Shown here piece by piece: positions 23,586 to 31,576 of a stretch of 32,000 bases of DNA. The stretch is taken from contig JBAQRV010000001.1 of assembly GCA_049296095.1 (NCBI GenBank), positions 600,001-632,000 on the forward strand, read 5' to 3'. How positions within the stretch are numbered: the stretch's first letter is position 1; each line of letters opens with the position of its first letter. The position numbers were made by a program, and so were the translations under genes. This DNA is from Candidatus Saccharimonadota bacterium (GTDB lineage Bacteria > Patescibacteriota > Saccharimonadia > Saccharimonadales > Saccharimonadaceae). Below the pieces are notes generated by a model. It searched no databases. It was not told where the DNA came from and worked only from the letters and a program-made list of their open reading frames with translations.

Positions 23586-25367
23586 TTAGTCCCTACTGAC
23601 CCTTAGAACTTCTTCGATCGTCGTTTCACCACGGAGCGCCTTGATCAAGCCGTCAATTTGCATCGTCATCATGCCATCGGCGATGGCCTGGCGTTGAATA
23701 TCGGCACTGGTGGCGTGAGACATGATGAGTTTTTGAATTGCTTCGCTATTCGTAAGAACCTCATAAATACCCAGTCGACCTTTATAGCCCTCTTGGGCAT
23801 CGTCATCGTTAAAGTCTGCCTTCGCGCGCCATAATGTTTTTATTCCTGTCGGGTCGGTGCTGAGAGGTGTGTCGCCACCAACGCCTTCGGCAGCGGCTTG
23901 TTTCTCAAGTTCGTGAATGACGCGGAAATCTTGGCCTGGTGCAAGGTTGAAGAGCTTGGTGATTGCTGTCTTTTCTTCCTCGGTTGGAACGAAGCTTTCG
24001 CGTGAGCCACGGTGGAGTCGACGCACCAAGCGTTGTCCAACAACAGCGCGCACAGTACTGGCGATCAAGAAAGGCTCAATACCCATATCGAGTAGACGAG
24101 GGAGGGAGGTAGCTGCATTGTTGGTGTGTAGGGTAGAAAAGACCATGTGTCCGGTCAAAGCTGCCTGAATACCCAGGTTGGCTGTCTCACTGTCACGGAT
24201 CTCACCGATCATGATGATATTCGGATCTTGACGCAGAAGCGCGCGGAGGCCATTGGCAAAGGTCATGCCTGCTTTGACGTTGGTCTGGGTTTGATTCACT
24301 CCTGGAATCTTGTATTCAACAGGGTCTTCAATGGTCGAGATATTAATATTCGGCTTGTTGAGGATGGTCAGGATACTAAAAAGGCTGGTCGACTTACCAC
24401 TTCCGGTCGGTCCAGTCATCAGGACGATACCATTTGGCTCGATCATTTCGCGGTTGATGTCTAATAAGGCCTTGCCCCAGTAACCAAGCGTTTCAAGCGT
24501 GACGGCCTGGTCGGACTCGTCGAGAATACGCATGGCAATCTTTTCACCATCAGAAATAGGCAGCGAGCTGACACGCAGTGCATACTGACGACCGGCAACT
24601 TTAATTTTGAAACGACCATCCTGAGGGACGCGACGTTCGTCGATCTTGAGGTTGGCTAAGATCTTGATACGACTGATCAATGCACCTAAAACATTGCGCG
24701 GTAGCCTATTAACCTCTTTTAAGACACCGTCAACGCGGTAACGAATCTGGACAAATTGCTCGCGTGGTTCAATGTGGATGTCACTGGCGTGTGAACGAAT
24801 GGCGTATTCGAGTAAAAGGTTGACCGTCTGGGCGATAGGAGAATCCTCGGCAATGTCCTGCTCGTTAACCTGCTGGCTTTCCTCAGACTCTTCGCGCTGG
24901 ACGTCAATAACTTCGTTGAGCTCTTTGTTAACGTCGCCGCGGTAGTTTTCGAGCGCCGAGAGAATGTTGTCACGAGTAGCGATGTAGATTTTAGAATTAG
25001 TGCCAATTTCCTTTTGAATAAAGTTAACGGCCTGGACGTCGTCAGGATCTTCCATTGCAAGGTGGTGGGTACCGTCCTCATCAATTTTAAAGAGGACCGC
25101 GTTGTATTGTCGGGCAACTCGCTCTGGAATCTGGTTGAGAATGTCAGAAGGGATAGTGGCGGGGTCAAGCTCAATGTAGGGAACTTGGGCGTAATCGGAG
25201 AATGCTTGAACAAGCGTTTTTTCATCCGCTACTTTTTGTTCAAGGACGATGTCTTGAAGGGGCTTCTTTAAACGACCCGCTTCATTCTTGAGGGTCTGTA
25301 ATTGCTCAGGTGTTACTAGACTTGCCCGCCCAAGCAACGTTTCCATAATGTTATCGGAAATGCGCAT
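23586..25367 (-). CDS. pilB: Type IV pilus assembly ATPase PilB (GspE family)
   Basis: N-terminal T2SSE_N domain, Walker A GPTGSGKST, Asp box, Walker B IIMIGEIRD, His box LTGHMVFSTLHTN. Confidence 0.9.
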   Translation of the reverse strand: MRISDNIMETLLGRASLVTPEQLQTLKNEAGRLKKPLQDIVLEQKVADEKTLVQAFSDYAQVPYIELDPATIPSDILNQIPERVARQYNAVLFKIDEDGTHHLAMEDPDDVQAVNFIQKEIGTNSKIYIATRDNILSALENYRGDVNKELNEVIDVQREESEESQQVNEQDIAEDSPIAQTVNLLLEYAIRSHASDIHIEPREQFVQIRYRVDGVLKEVNRLPRNVLGALISRIKILANLKIDERRVPQDGRFKIKVAGRQYALRVSSLPISDGEKIAMRILDESDQAVTLETLGYWGKALLDINREMIEPNGIVLMTGPTGSGKSTSLFSILTILNKPNINISTIEDPVEYKIPGVNQTQTNVKAGMTFANGLRALLRQDPNIIMIGEIRDSETANLGIQAALTGHMVFSTLHTNNAATSLPRLLDMGIEPFLIASTVRAVVGQRLVRRLHRGSRESFVPTEEEKTAITKLFNLAPGQDFRVIHELEKQAAAEGVGGDTPLSTDPTGIKTLWRAKADFNDDDAQEGYKGRLGIYEVLTNSEAIQKLIMSHATSADIQRQAIADGMMTMQIDGLIKALRGETTIEEVLRVSRD

Positions 25368-25423
25368 AATGCTTACGCTCTATTGTAAAGGACAGACACT
25401 AAAAGCGCTAGCCGATATGATGA

Positions 25424-25429
25424 TATACT
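25424..25429 (+). promoter_or_regulatory. -10 box TGaTATACT, 7 nt upstream of tsaE ATG (leaderless candidate)
   Basis: TGATATACT-ATATCCG-ATG. Confidence 0.4.
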
Positions 25430-25436
25430 ATATCCG

Positions 25437-25877
25437 ATGATTAAAGAGGTCGAGAGCGAGCAGGCGACTCGTGAATTTGGTGAAAAGATCGGAAACCTTC
25501 TTGAGGGAGGTGAGGTTATTGAGTTGGTTGGTGATGTTGGGGCTGGCAAGACAACTTTCGTAAAAGGGCTAGCCAAAGGGTTGGGAATTGACGAAGATGT
25601 GCAGAGTCCGAGCTTTACGATCAGTCGTGTGTACGATGGTCGGGACGGACTATTACTGGCACATTATGATTTTTACCGACTGGGTGATGCAGGTATTATG
25701 GCTGATGAGCTACAAGAAACCCTCCAAGATCCTGCGACCGTCACGGTTATTGAGTGGGCGGGAATCGTCGAAGGCGTACTTCCAAAAGAGCGCTTGACGA
25801 TTCATTTCGAAACTCCGACCGAAAACACGAGAACACTAACTCTGACTGGCGATGCGAAATTTTTGGAGCAACTATGA
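25437..25877 (+). CDS. tsaE: tRNA t6A37 biosynthesis ATPase TsaE
   Basis: GDVGAGKTTFVKGLAKGLGI, SPSFTI, HYDFYRL. Confidence 0.8.
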   Translation: MIKEVESEQATREFGEKIGNLLEGGEVIELVGDVGAGKTTFVKGLAKGLGIDEDVQSPSFTISRVYDGRDGLLLAHYDFYRLGDAGIMADELQETLQDPATVTVIEWAGIVEGVLPKERLTIHFETPTENTRTLTLTGDAKFLEQL

Positions 25878-26260
25878 TTTTATTACTTGATACCTCGACC
25901 TATACCTGTAAACTGACGTTCATAGAGGGCGACTGGCGATATGACGATGAGTGGGAAGCCAATCGAGAACTCGCTAAAGGCTTGCTCGGGTATCTGCAGG
26001 CGCAACTGGAAAAGAATGGTAAGAACTGGGGTGATATTACGGGGATCGTCGCCTATCAAGGTCCAGGTAGTTTCACTGGCCTACGCATCGGGTTGACCGT
26101 CATCAATACTTTCGCTGAATCTGAAGCGATCTCAATTGTTGGAGCAACTGGTGATGATTGGCAGGCTAGTGGACTGGCACGACTCGAGGCAGGCGAAAAT
26201 GACAAAATTGTCCTGCCCGAATACGGCGGCGAAGCGCATATTACTCGTCCGCGCAAATAA
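25874..26260 (+). CDS. tsaB: TsaB-like protein, unusually short (128 aa)
   Basis: ILLLDTST... and GPGSFTGLRIGLTVINTFA match the TsaB N-terminal half. ATGA overlaps the tsaE stop. The track's upstream extension lies inside tsaE. Confidence 0.65.
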   Translation: MILLLDTSTYTCKLTFIEGDWRYDDEWEANRELAKGLLGYLQAQLEKNGKNWGDITGIVAYQGPGSFTGLRIGLTVINTFAESEAISIVGATGDDWQASGLARLEAGENDKIVLPEYGGEAHITRPRK

Positions 26261-26412
26261 GCTTGCGTCGGCTTGATTTGGAGCCTACAATAAGAATAGT
26301 CCGAACTATTGACTGGACTTATGAATAACTTTTGAACTTTCAGTGCGACCTGTGATAGAAGACCTTGCCAAGATGAACACTTGGCCAGGGCGTATCTGAG
26401 GAAGGAAACAAT

Positions 26413-27924
26413 ATGGTAGAAGGAATAATTGCCGCAATCATCGGAGTTCTTGCTGGTGTGGGCGGAAAAATTGGCTATGACCAGACGCGACGTGCTGGCA
26501 GCAAGCACAAAGCTGATCAGACGATTGCCGACGCAAAGCACAAGGCGAGCGATATCGTTTTAAAGGCAAAGGATGAGGCATTGAAACTCGTCGAAGATAC
26601 GAAGCGTGAAGATTCTGAACGACGAAAAAACTGGGACAAGACTGAAAGTCGTTTGGCTGAACGTGAGACAAGTCTCGATAAAAAGCTCGATGAGCTCGAT
26701 AAACGTGGTGAGAACCTGCGCGCCCAGGAAGACGAAGTTGAAGAGTTAAAGAATGAAATTCGAGACATCCGTAAGCGTCAGCAGGAAAAACTTGAAAAGA
26801 TCGCCGGCCTGAAAAAGAAGGATGCGGCGGATAAGTTAATGGAAATGACCGAACGGGACATCAAGGATGACCTAATCGGGCTGGTCGCTAAATTGCAAAA
26901 TGATGCTCGCGACACTGCCGAAGAGCAAGCACAGCTGATCCTGGTTTCAGCGATGGAACGCATGAGTAGCGAAGTGACGGCTGAGCGAACGGTGACAGCT
27001 ATCAAGCTGACCGACGATGAAATGAAAGGTCGTATTATTGGTAAGGAAGGTCGCAACATCCAGGCACTCCAACGAGCCACCGGTGTCGATATTCTTGTCG
27101 ATGACACGCCAGGTATGATCATTCTTTCAAGCTTTGATCCACTGCGTCGTCAGGTGGCACGAATTACACTCGAATCGTTGATGAAGGATGGACGTATCCA
27201 TCCAGGGCGTATCGAAGAGGTCGTCGCCAAGGCTGAAAAAGAAATTGAGAAAGAAACGATTCGTGCTGGTGAGGATGCTGCCCGTGAAGTTGGGGTTGTG
27301 GGCATTCCGAAAGAAATGATTCAACTACTGGGTGAATTAAAGTTCCGTACCAGCTATGGTCAGAACGTTTTGATGCACAGTACTGAAATGGCACATATGG
27401 CTGGGCTGATCGCCGAAGAAATTGGCGCCGATGTCCGTGTTACTAAGATTGCGACCTTGCTACACGATGTTGGTAAGGCGGTGAGCCACAAGATCGAAGG
27501 CAAGCATCACCACGTTGGGGCCGAGTTGGCTCGTAAGTATGGTATGAGTGATGATATTGTTCACGCCATCGAAGCGCATCACGACGATATTGAAGCAACC
27601 ACGCCCGAAGCATTAGTGGTCCGTGTTTGTGACGCTTTGTCGGCGGCACGACCTGGGGCTCGAAATATTTCTGCCGAGAACTTTGCCGAGCGCATGCGTG
27701 ATCTCGAGAATATTGCCAACAGCTTTAAGGGCATCCAAAAGTCGTATGCAATTAGTGCCGGACGCGAAGTCCGCGTGATTGTCACACCGGAAGCGATCGA
27801 TGATCTTTCAGCGATTAAGCTAGCGCGTGATATCGCCAACAAGATTGAAAGTACTATGCAGTATCCTGGAACGATTAAGATTAATGTTATCCGCGAAACG
27901 CGGGCGATTGAGTACGCCAAGTAA
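26413..27924 (+). CDS. rny: Ribonuclease Y
   Basis: N-terminal membrane helix, a long coiled coil, KH domain (IIGKEGRNIQALQRATGVDILVDD) and HD domain (LLHDVGK...HH). GAGGAAGG SD upstream. Confidence 0.9.
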   Translation: MVEGIIAAIIGVLAGVGGKIGYDQTRRAGSKHKADQTIADAKHKASDIVLKAKDEALKLVEDTKREDSERRKNWDKTESRLAERETSLDKKLDELDKRGENLRAQEDEVEELKNEIRDIRKRQQEKLEKIAGLKKKDAADKLMEMTERDIKDDLIGLVAKLQNDARDTAEEQAQLILVSAMERMSSEVTAERTVTAIKLTDDEMKGRIIGKEGRNIQALQRATGVDILVDDTPGMIILSSFDPLRRQVARITLESLMKDGRIHPGRIEEVVAKAEKEIEKETIRAGEDAAREVGVVGIPKEMIQLLGELKFRTSYGQNVLMHSTEMAHMAGLIAEEIGADVRVTKIATLLHDVGKAVSHKIEGKHHHVGAELARKYGMSDDIVHAIEAHHDDIEATTPEALVVRVCDALSAARPGARNISAENFAERMRDLENIANSFKGIQKSYAISAGREVRVIVTPEAIDDLSAIKLARDIANKIESTMQYPGTIKINVIRETRAIEYAK

Positions 27925-28641
27925 ATGTCGGAGATCCGCACCTACCCAACAGCCGAGGCGGTGGCAGATGCAGCCGCTGAAAATGCTATCGAGGTCCTGC
28001 GATTAGCAATAGAACTACGCGACAGCGCCAGTTGGGTGTTGGCTGGAGGAACCTCACCGCTTCTTGCCTACAAAAAAATTGCCGCCGGGTACGGCGATGC
28101 AATTGACTGGGCTAAGGTGACGGTTGTCATTGGTGATGAGCGTATGGTCCCCCATGAACATAAGGATTCAAACTGGGGAGCCGTCCTTAAGATATTCGAA
28201 GCAGACGAACTGCTGTCTCAAGTGAAGCGTATTGTGCCGACCATCGGTGAGACTGTTGAATCAAGCGCGACTGCTTATGACGAGGCGATTCGTCAGGCTG
28301 GCATTGATCGGTTTGACCTCGTTTGGTTGGGAGTTGGAGAGGATGGACATACCTTGTCTCTATTCCCTGGCAACGCCGCTTTTACAGAGCCAACCGAAAA
28401 GTGGGTAATCCCTGTCAAAGACTCACCAAAGCCGCCAGCAGAGCGGTTTAGTTTGTCATTAAAAGCTTTGGAACATGTTCATGAGTTGGTGATCTTTGCG
28501 GTTGGTGCTGCGAAGAGAGATATCCTTCGCGAAGCTCGCCTTAAAGGGAAGCTCCCTGTTGCAATTGCGGCCGAGGCGGTTGAAACGAATGGTGGGGAAG
28601 TGCGATGGCTGTATGATGATGCGGCTTGGGGAGAGAAATAA
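27925..28641 (+). CDS. pgl: 6-phosphogluconolactonase
   Basis: LAGGTSP, GDERMVP and LGVGEDGHTLSLFPG motifs. It starts directly after the rny stop. Confidence 0.8.
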   Translation: MSEIRTYPTAEAVADAAAENAIEVLRLAIELRDSASWVLAGGTSPLLAYKKIAAGYGDAIDWAKVTVVIGDERMVPHEHKDSNWGAVLKIFEADELLSQVKRIVPTIGETVESSATAYDEAIRQAGIDRFDLVWLGVGEDGHTLSLFPGNAAFTEPTEKWVIPVKDSPKPPAERFSLSLKALEHVHELVIFAVGAAKRDILREARLKGKLPVAIAAEAVETNGGEVRWLYDDAAWGEK

Positions 28642-28644
28642 AAG

Positions 28645-28675
28645 AAAAAGCCCGTCCATAAGGACGGGTCTTTTC
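28645..28675. terminator. Intrinsic terminator between pgl and tRNA-Pro, possibly bidirectional
   Basis: AAAAAG-CCCGTCC-ataa-GGACGGG-TCTTTTC has A and T tracts on both sides. Confidence 0.65.
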
Positions 28676-28677
28676 TA

Positions 28678-28753
28678 TGGTCGGGGTGAAAGGACTCAAA
28701 CCTTCGACCTCTCGGTCCCAAACCGAGCGCGCTATCAACTGCGCCACACCCCG
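28678..28753 (-). tRNA. tRNA-Pro (UGG)
   Basis: Reverse complement is CGGGGTGTGGCGCAGTTGATAGCGCGCTCGGTTTGGGACCGAGAGGTCGAAGGTTTGAGTCCTTTCACCCCGACCA. It forms a full 76-nt cloverleaf with encoded CCA. TATAAT lies at 28772-28777 on the minus strand. Confidence 0.9.
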
Positions 28754-28811
28754 AAACGGTGATCTCGAGTCATTATACCCTAGTGGGGATGGTTTTTCTA
28801 GTGCTGATGCG

Positions 28812-28841
28812 TTGCAAATATGGCCCAAGCCAAGCTATGAT
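28812..28841 (+). promoter_or_regulatory. Sigma-70-type promoter (TTGCAA-18 nt-TATGAT)
   Basis: Read directly. ATG 28857 lies 15 nt after the -10 box, with no SD. Confidence 0.4.
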
Positions 28842-28856
28842 GGTCAGTAGTTATTT

Positions 28857-30431
28857 ATGAAAGAAATATTTAAGAAAAAAATTGCCTTTATTCGCAGCCA
28901 TCCAGTTATTGATGGGGTGGTCGTTGCTGTCGGCCTGCTGATCTATGTAGCCATCGCACTTTTCAACGCACCACGCGCCTCGATTTGGTTCGACGAAGCT
29001 TTTAGCTATTACATTACACGGTTTAATTTCCTGGAAATTGCTCAGTTCACTGCAACCGACGTACACCCACCTCTGTACTATTGGCTACTAAAGGTCTGGG
29101 GATTAGGCTTTGGTATGTCTGAGTTGGCGATGCGTTCGCTTAGTATTGTGCTCGGTGTGGTGGTGATTATTGTCGCCTTCTTGTTAGTACGGCGTTTATT
29201 TGGGCGACTGGTTGCTGGCGTTTCTCTCCTGTTCCTCTCATTGTCACCTATGCTTATTCGTTATAGCGATGAAGCGCGCATGTATACGCTTGCTTCGCTG
29301 ATTGTGGTAGCGGCAAGTTACCTACTGGTGAAGGCGACCGAGACAGACCAGCGTCGTTGGTATGTGCTATATGGTATCTTGGTCGGCCTGGGTATGTGGA
29401 CACATTACTTCACGGCTCTCATCTGGATTGCTCATTGGGTTTGGCGCGCGATTACGATTCGCCAAAGTACGACCAAGCCAAAATTGTTCTGGAAGAAATT
29501 CTTTACCAAGAATTGGATTATTGCACACGTTGTTGCGATTGCCGTGTTCCTTCCGTGGCTTCCGTTCATGGCGATTCAGCTCGGAACGATTCAGGGTGGC
29601 GGCTTTTGGATTGGTCCAGTCAGCTCAGATACGATCATGAATTACTTTACGAACATCTTCTATTACCTCGACCATGGTCAGGCTCAAGGTTGGCTCGCGC
29701 TGCTGCTGCTCGGTGTTCTAGGACTACTTATATTCTTGGCGCCTCGAGTCTACCGTCGGTTTAATCGCGCCGATAAGAAGAATTATCTCTTGATCACAAT
29801 CATAGCCTTTGTGCCTGTAGTAACACTGCTCTTACTCTCAATGCCGCCCTTGCGACCGTCATTTGTGGAGCGATATCTCATCCCAGCGATAGTTGTATTC
29901 GCGCTGTTTGCTGCGGTGACAATCGTTGTCGGGACGCAGAAGTGGAAGCCCATTCTGAGGGCCGTCCCTATTGTTATTATCGCCGGCATGATGATCTTTG
30001 GTATTACCAATGTTTATAAGTATGGTAACTACAACAAGAACTCCAATACCCATATCCTTACCGGCGAGTTAGTAAAAGATATAGCCGAGCAGTCCGAGCC
30101 AGGCATTCCGATCATCGCCAGTTCACCATGGGTTTTCTATGAAGCAGTTCCTTACAGTACCGACGAGCATCCAGTCTATTTCATTGAGGCAAATACAGAT
30201 TACATTTATGGCTCACTCGATATGCTGAAGTACCGAGATGATTACAAGATCAAGGATTTTGAAGCTTTCAAGAAACAGCATCCTGTCATCTGGTATATCG
30301 GCATGACGGGCGATGAGGATGTGTCTCCTTATCAAGCATCTTGGGAAAAGATTCGAACCATCGCTCTGTATGATTATTTGAGCAAAAAAACCGAGTACCG
30401 TGGTACCGAGTATAAACTTAGCGCGGAATAA
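28857..30431 (+). CDS. Glycosyltransferase family 39 (ArnT/PMT-like) membrane protein
   Basis: WFDEAFSYY...DVHPPLYYWLLKVW in the first periplasmic loop, at least 9 TM helices, and a soluble C-terminal domain. Confidence 0.65.
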   Translation: MKEIFKKKIAFIRSHPVIDGVVVAVGLLIYVAIALFNAPRASIWFDEAFSYYITRFNFLEIAQFTATDVHPPLYYWLLKVWGLGFGMSELAMRSLSIVLGVVVIIVAFLLVRRLFGRLVAGVSLLFLSLSPMLIRYSDEARMYTLASLIVVAASYLLVKATETDQRRWYVLYGILVGLGMWTHYFTALIWIAHWVWRAITIRQSTTKPKLFWKKFFTKNWIIAHVVAIAVFLPWLPFMAIQLGTIQGGGFWIGPVSSDTIMNYFTNIFYYLDHGQAQGWLALLLLGVLGLLIFLAPRVYRRFNRADKKNYLLITIIAFVPVVTLLLLSMPPLRPSFVERYLIPAIVVFALFAAVTIVVGTQKWKPILRAVPIVIIAGMMIFGITNVYKYGNYNKNSNTHILTGELVKDIAEQSEPGIPIIASSPWVFYEAVPYSTDEHPVYFIEANTDYIYGSLDMLKYRDDYKIKDFEAFKKQHPVIWYIGMTGDEDVSPYQASWEKIRTIALYDYLSKKTEYRGTEYKLSAE

Positions 30432-31530
30432 TCTTCATCAAAAACTTGGTACGTACAGCCAAGTAAACAAGCCCTACCACACCAATCGAAATTGCTAGGT
30501 TGATAAACCACCATTCGCTATCTAGTCCAAAGATGAGATTGGCAATGAAGACGACGAATGCCTGAACCGTATAGACATACAGCGAGTTTGTCCCAAACGG
30601 CAACAAGATCCAGCCCGCGAAGCGGGTGATTTGCTTTTCAAAACGAGCGAATAGCCAGTACAGCGAACTGAACCAAAGAGCAAACAGAATGAGACGTGGA
30701 ACAGGCAACTCATCCTTATTAAAGAGAGGACTGATGAGTTCGTCGTAGTGTTGCATGAGCGGACCAATTCCCGACCACTCATGCCCAAAGACAATAAAGA
30801 CGTTAGCAATCAGTGTAACGATCGAGACGCTCGCAATCATACTGATAATGGTGTATCGGAATGCCTTTGAACGCTCAATCCACCATTTCTTCAGATTTTG
30901 CCAGTGGAAGCCGAGAATGAAGCCGACAAAGAAGACAAGTTGCCAGCTAAGTGGTTGAGAGTACTCACCAGCTGGCATTGGACTGAATGAGTAGAGGGAC
31001 CAGATGATGACGCTAGTGAGCAGAACTATGTACCACAACCCTTTTCGAAGAAGCCAGAGTGCAATCGGGCTGAGAACAATAAATATCGCATAGAGACGGA
31101 GGTAATCTGCCCAGCCATAAATATATTGGAAGGTCAGCGTTTTCCAGATGAGGCCCCAGATATCACCGACCGGTTCGTAAATACCGTATTTCAAGCCAAC
31201 ATTATCCATAAACAACCAGCCGATCAAGGTGAAGAGAATGACAAGGATGATGCTGGTGATGTAGAGCTGGACGCCGCGTTTTAGCAATAGAGAAGCGGCG
31301 AGTTTAAATGGTTTATCAAGCAACTTCCGACCACGTACGATCCCAAGAACAATCCCCGATATGAGGAAGAAACCCTCGGCCGTCGAGGTATAGAGAATAC
31401 TTTCACCAGTAATCCATTCAAGGCCGCTAGGGTAGTAGTGCAGGTGATTGAGAATGATAACGAGGAGAAAGTAGCCGCGGAGTAAGTCGAGAGTGAGAAT
31501 GCGGTTGAGGGATTTGACGGCAGCTTTCAT
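30418..31530 (-). CDS. OpgC / acyltransferase-3 family membrane protein
   Basis: N-terminal R...LDLLRGYFLLVIILNHL and about 10 TM helices. Confidence 0.55.
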   Translation of the reverse strand: MKAAVKSLNRILTLDLLRGYFLLVIILNHLHYYPSGLEWITGESILYTSTAEGFFLISGIVLGIVRGRKLLDKPFKLAASLLLKRGVQLYITSIILVILFTLIGWLFMDNVGLKYGIYEPVGDIWGLIWKTLTFQYIYGWADYLRLYAIFIVLSPIALWLLRKGLWYIVLLTSVIIWSLYSFSPMPAGEYSQPLSWQLVFFVGFILGFHWQNLKKWWIERSKAFRYTIISMIASVSIVTLIANVFIVFGHEWSGIGPLMQHYDELISPLFNKDELPVPRLILFALWFSSLYWLFARFEKQITRFAGWILLPFGTNSLYVYTVQAFVVFIANLIFGLDSEWWFINLAISIGVVGLVYLAVRTKFLMKIIPR

Positions 31531-31538
31531 GTTTTCCC

Positions 31539-31544
31539 ATTATA
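31539..31544 (-). promoter_or_regulatory. -10 box TGgTATAAT, 8 nt upstream of ATG 31530 (leaderless candidate)
   Basis: mRNA sense reads TTGGTATAAT-GGGAAAAC-ATG. Confidence 0.4.
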
Positions 31545-31562
31545 CCAACCCGAGACGTACGC

Positions 31563-31568
31563 TATACT
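31563..31568 (+). promoter_or_regulatory. -10 box TATACT, 8 nt upstream of bcp ATG (leaderless candidate)
   Basis: GCTATACT-GAGAATAT-ATG. Confidence 0.4.
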
Positions 31569-31576
31569 GAGAATAT

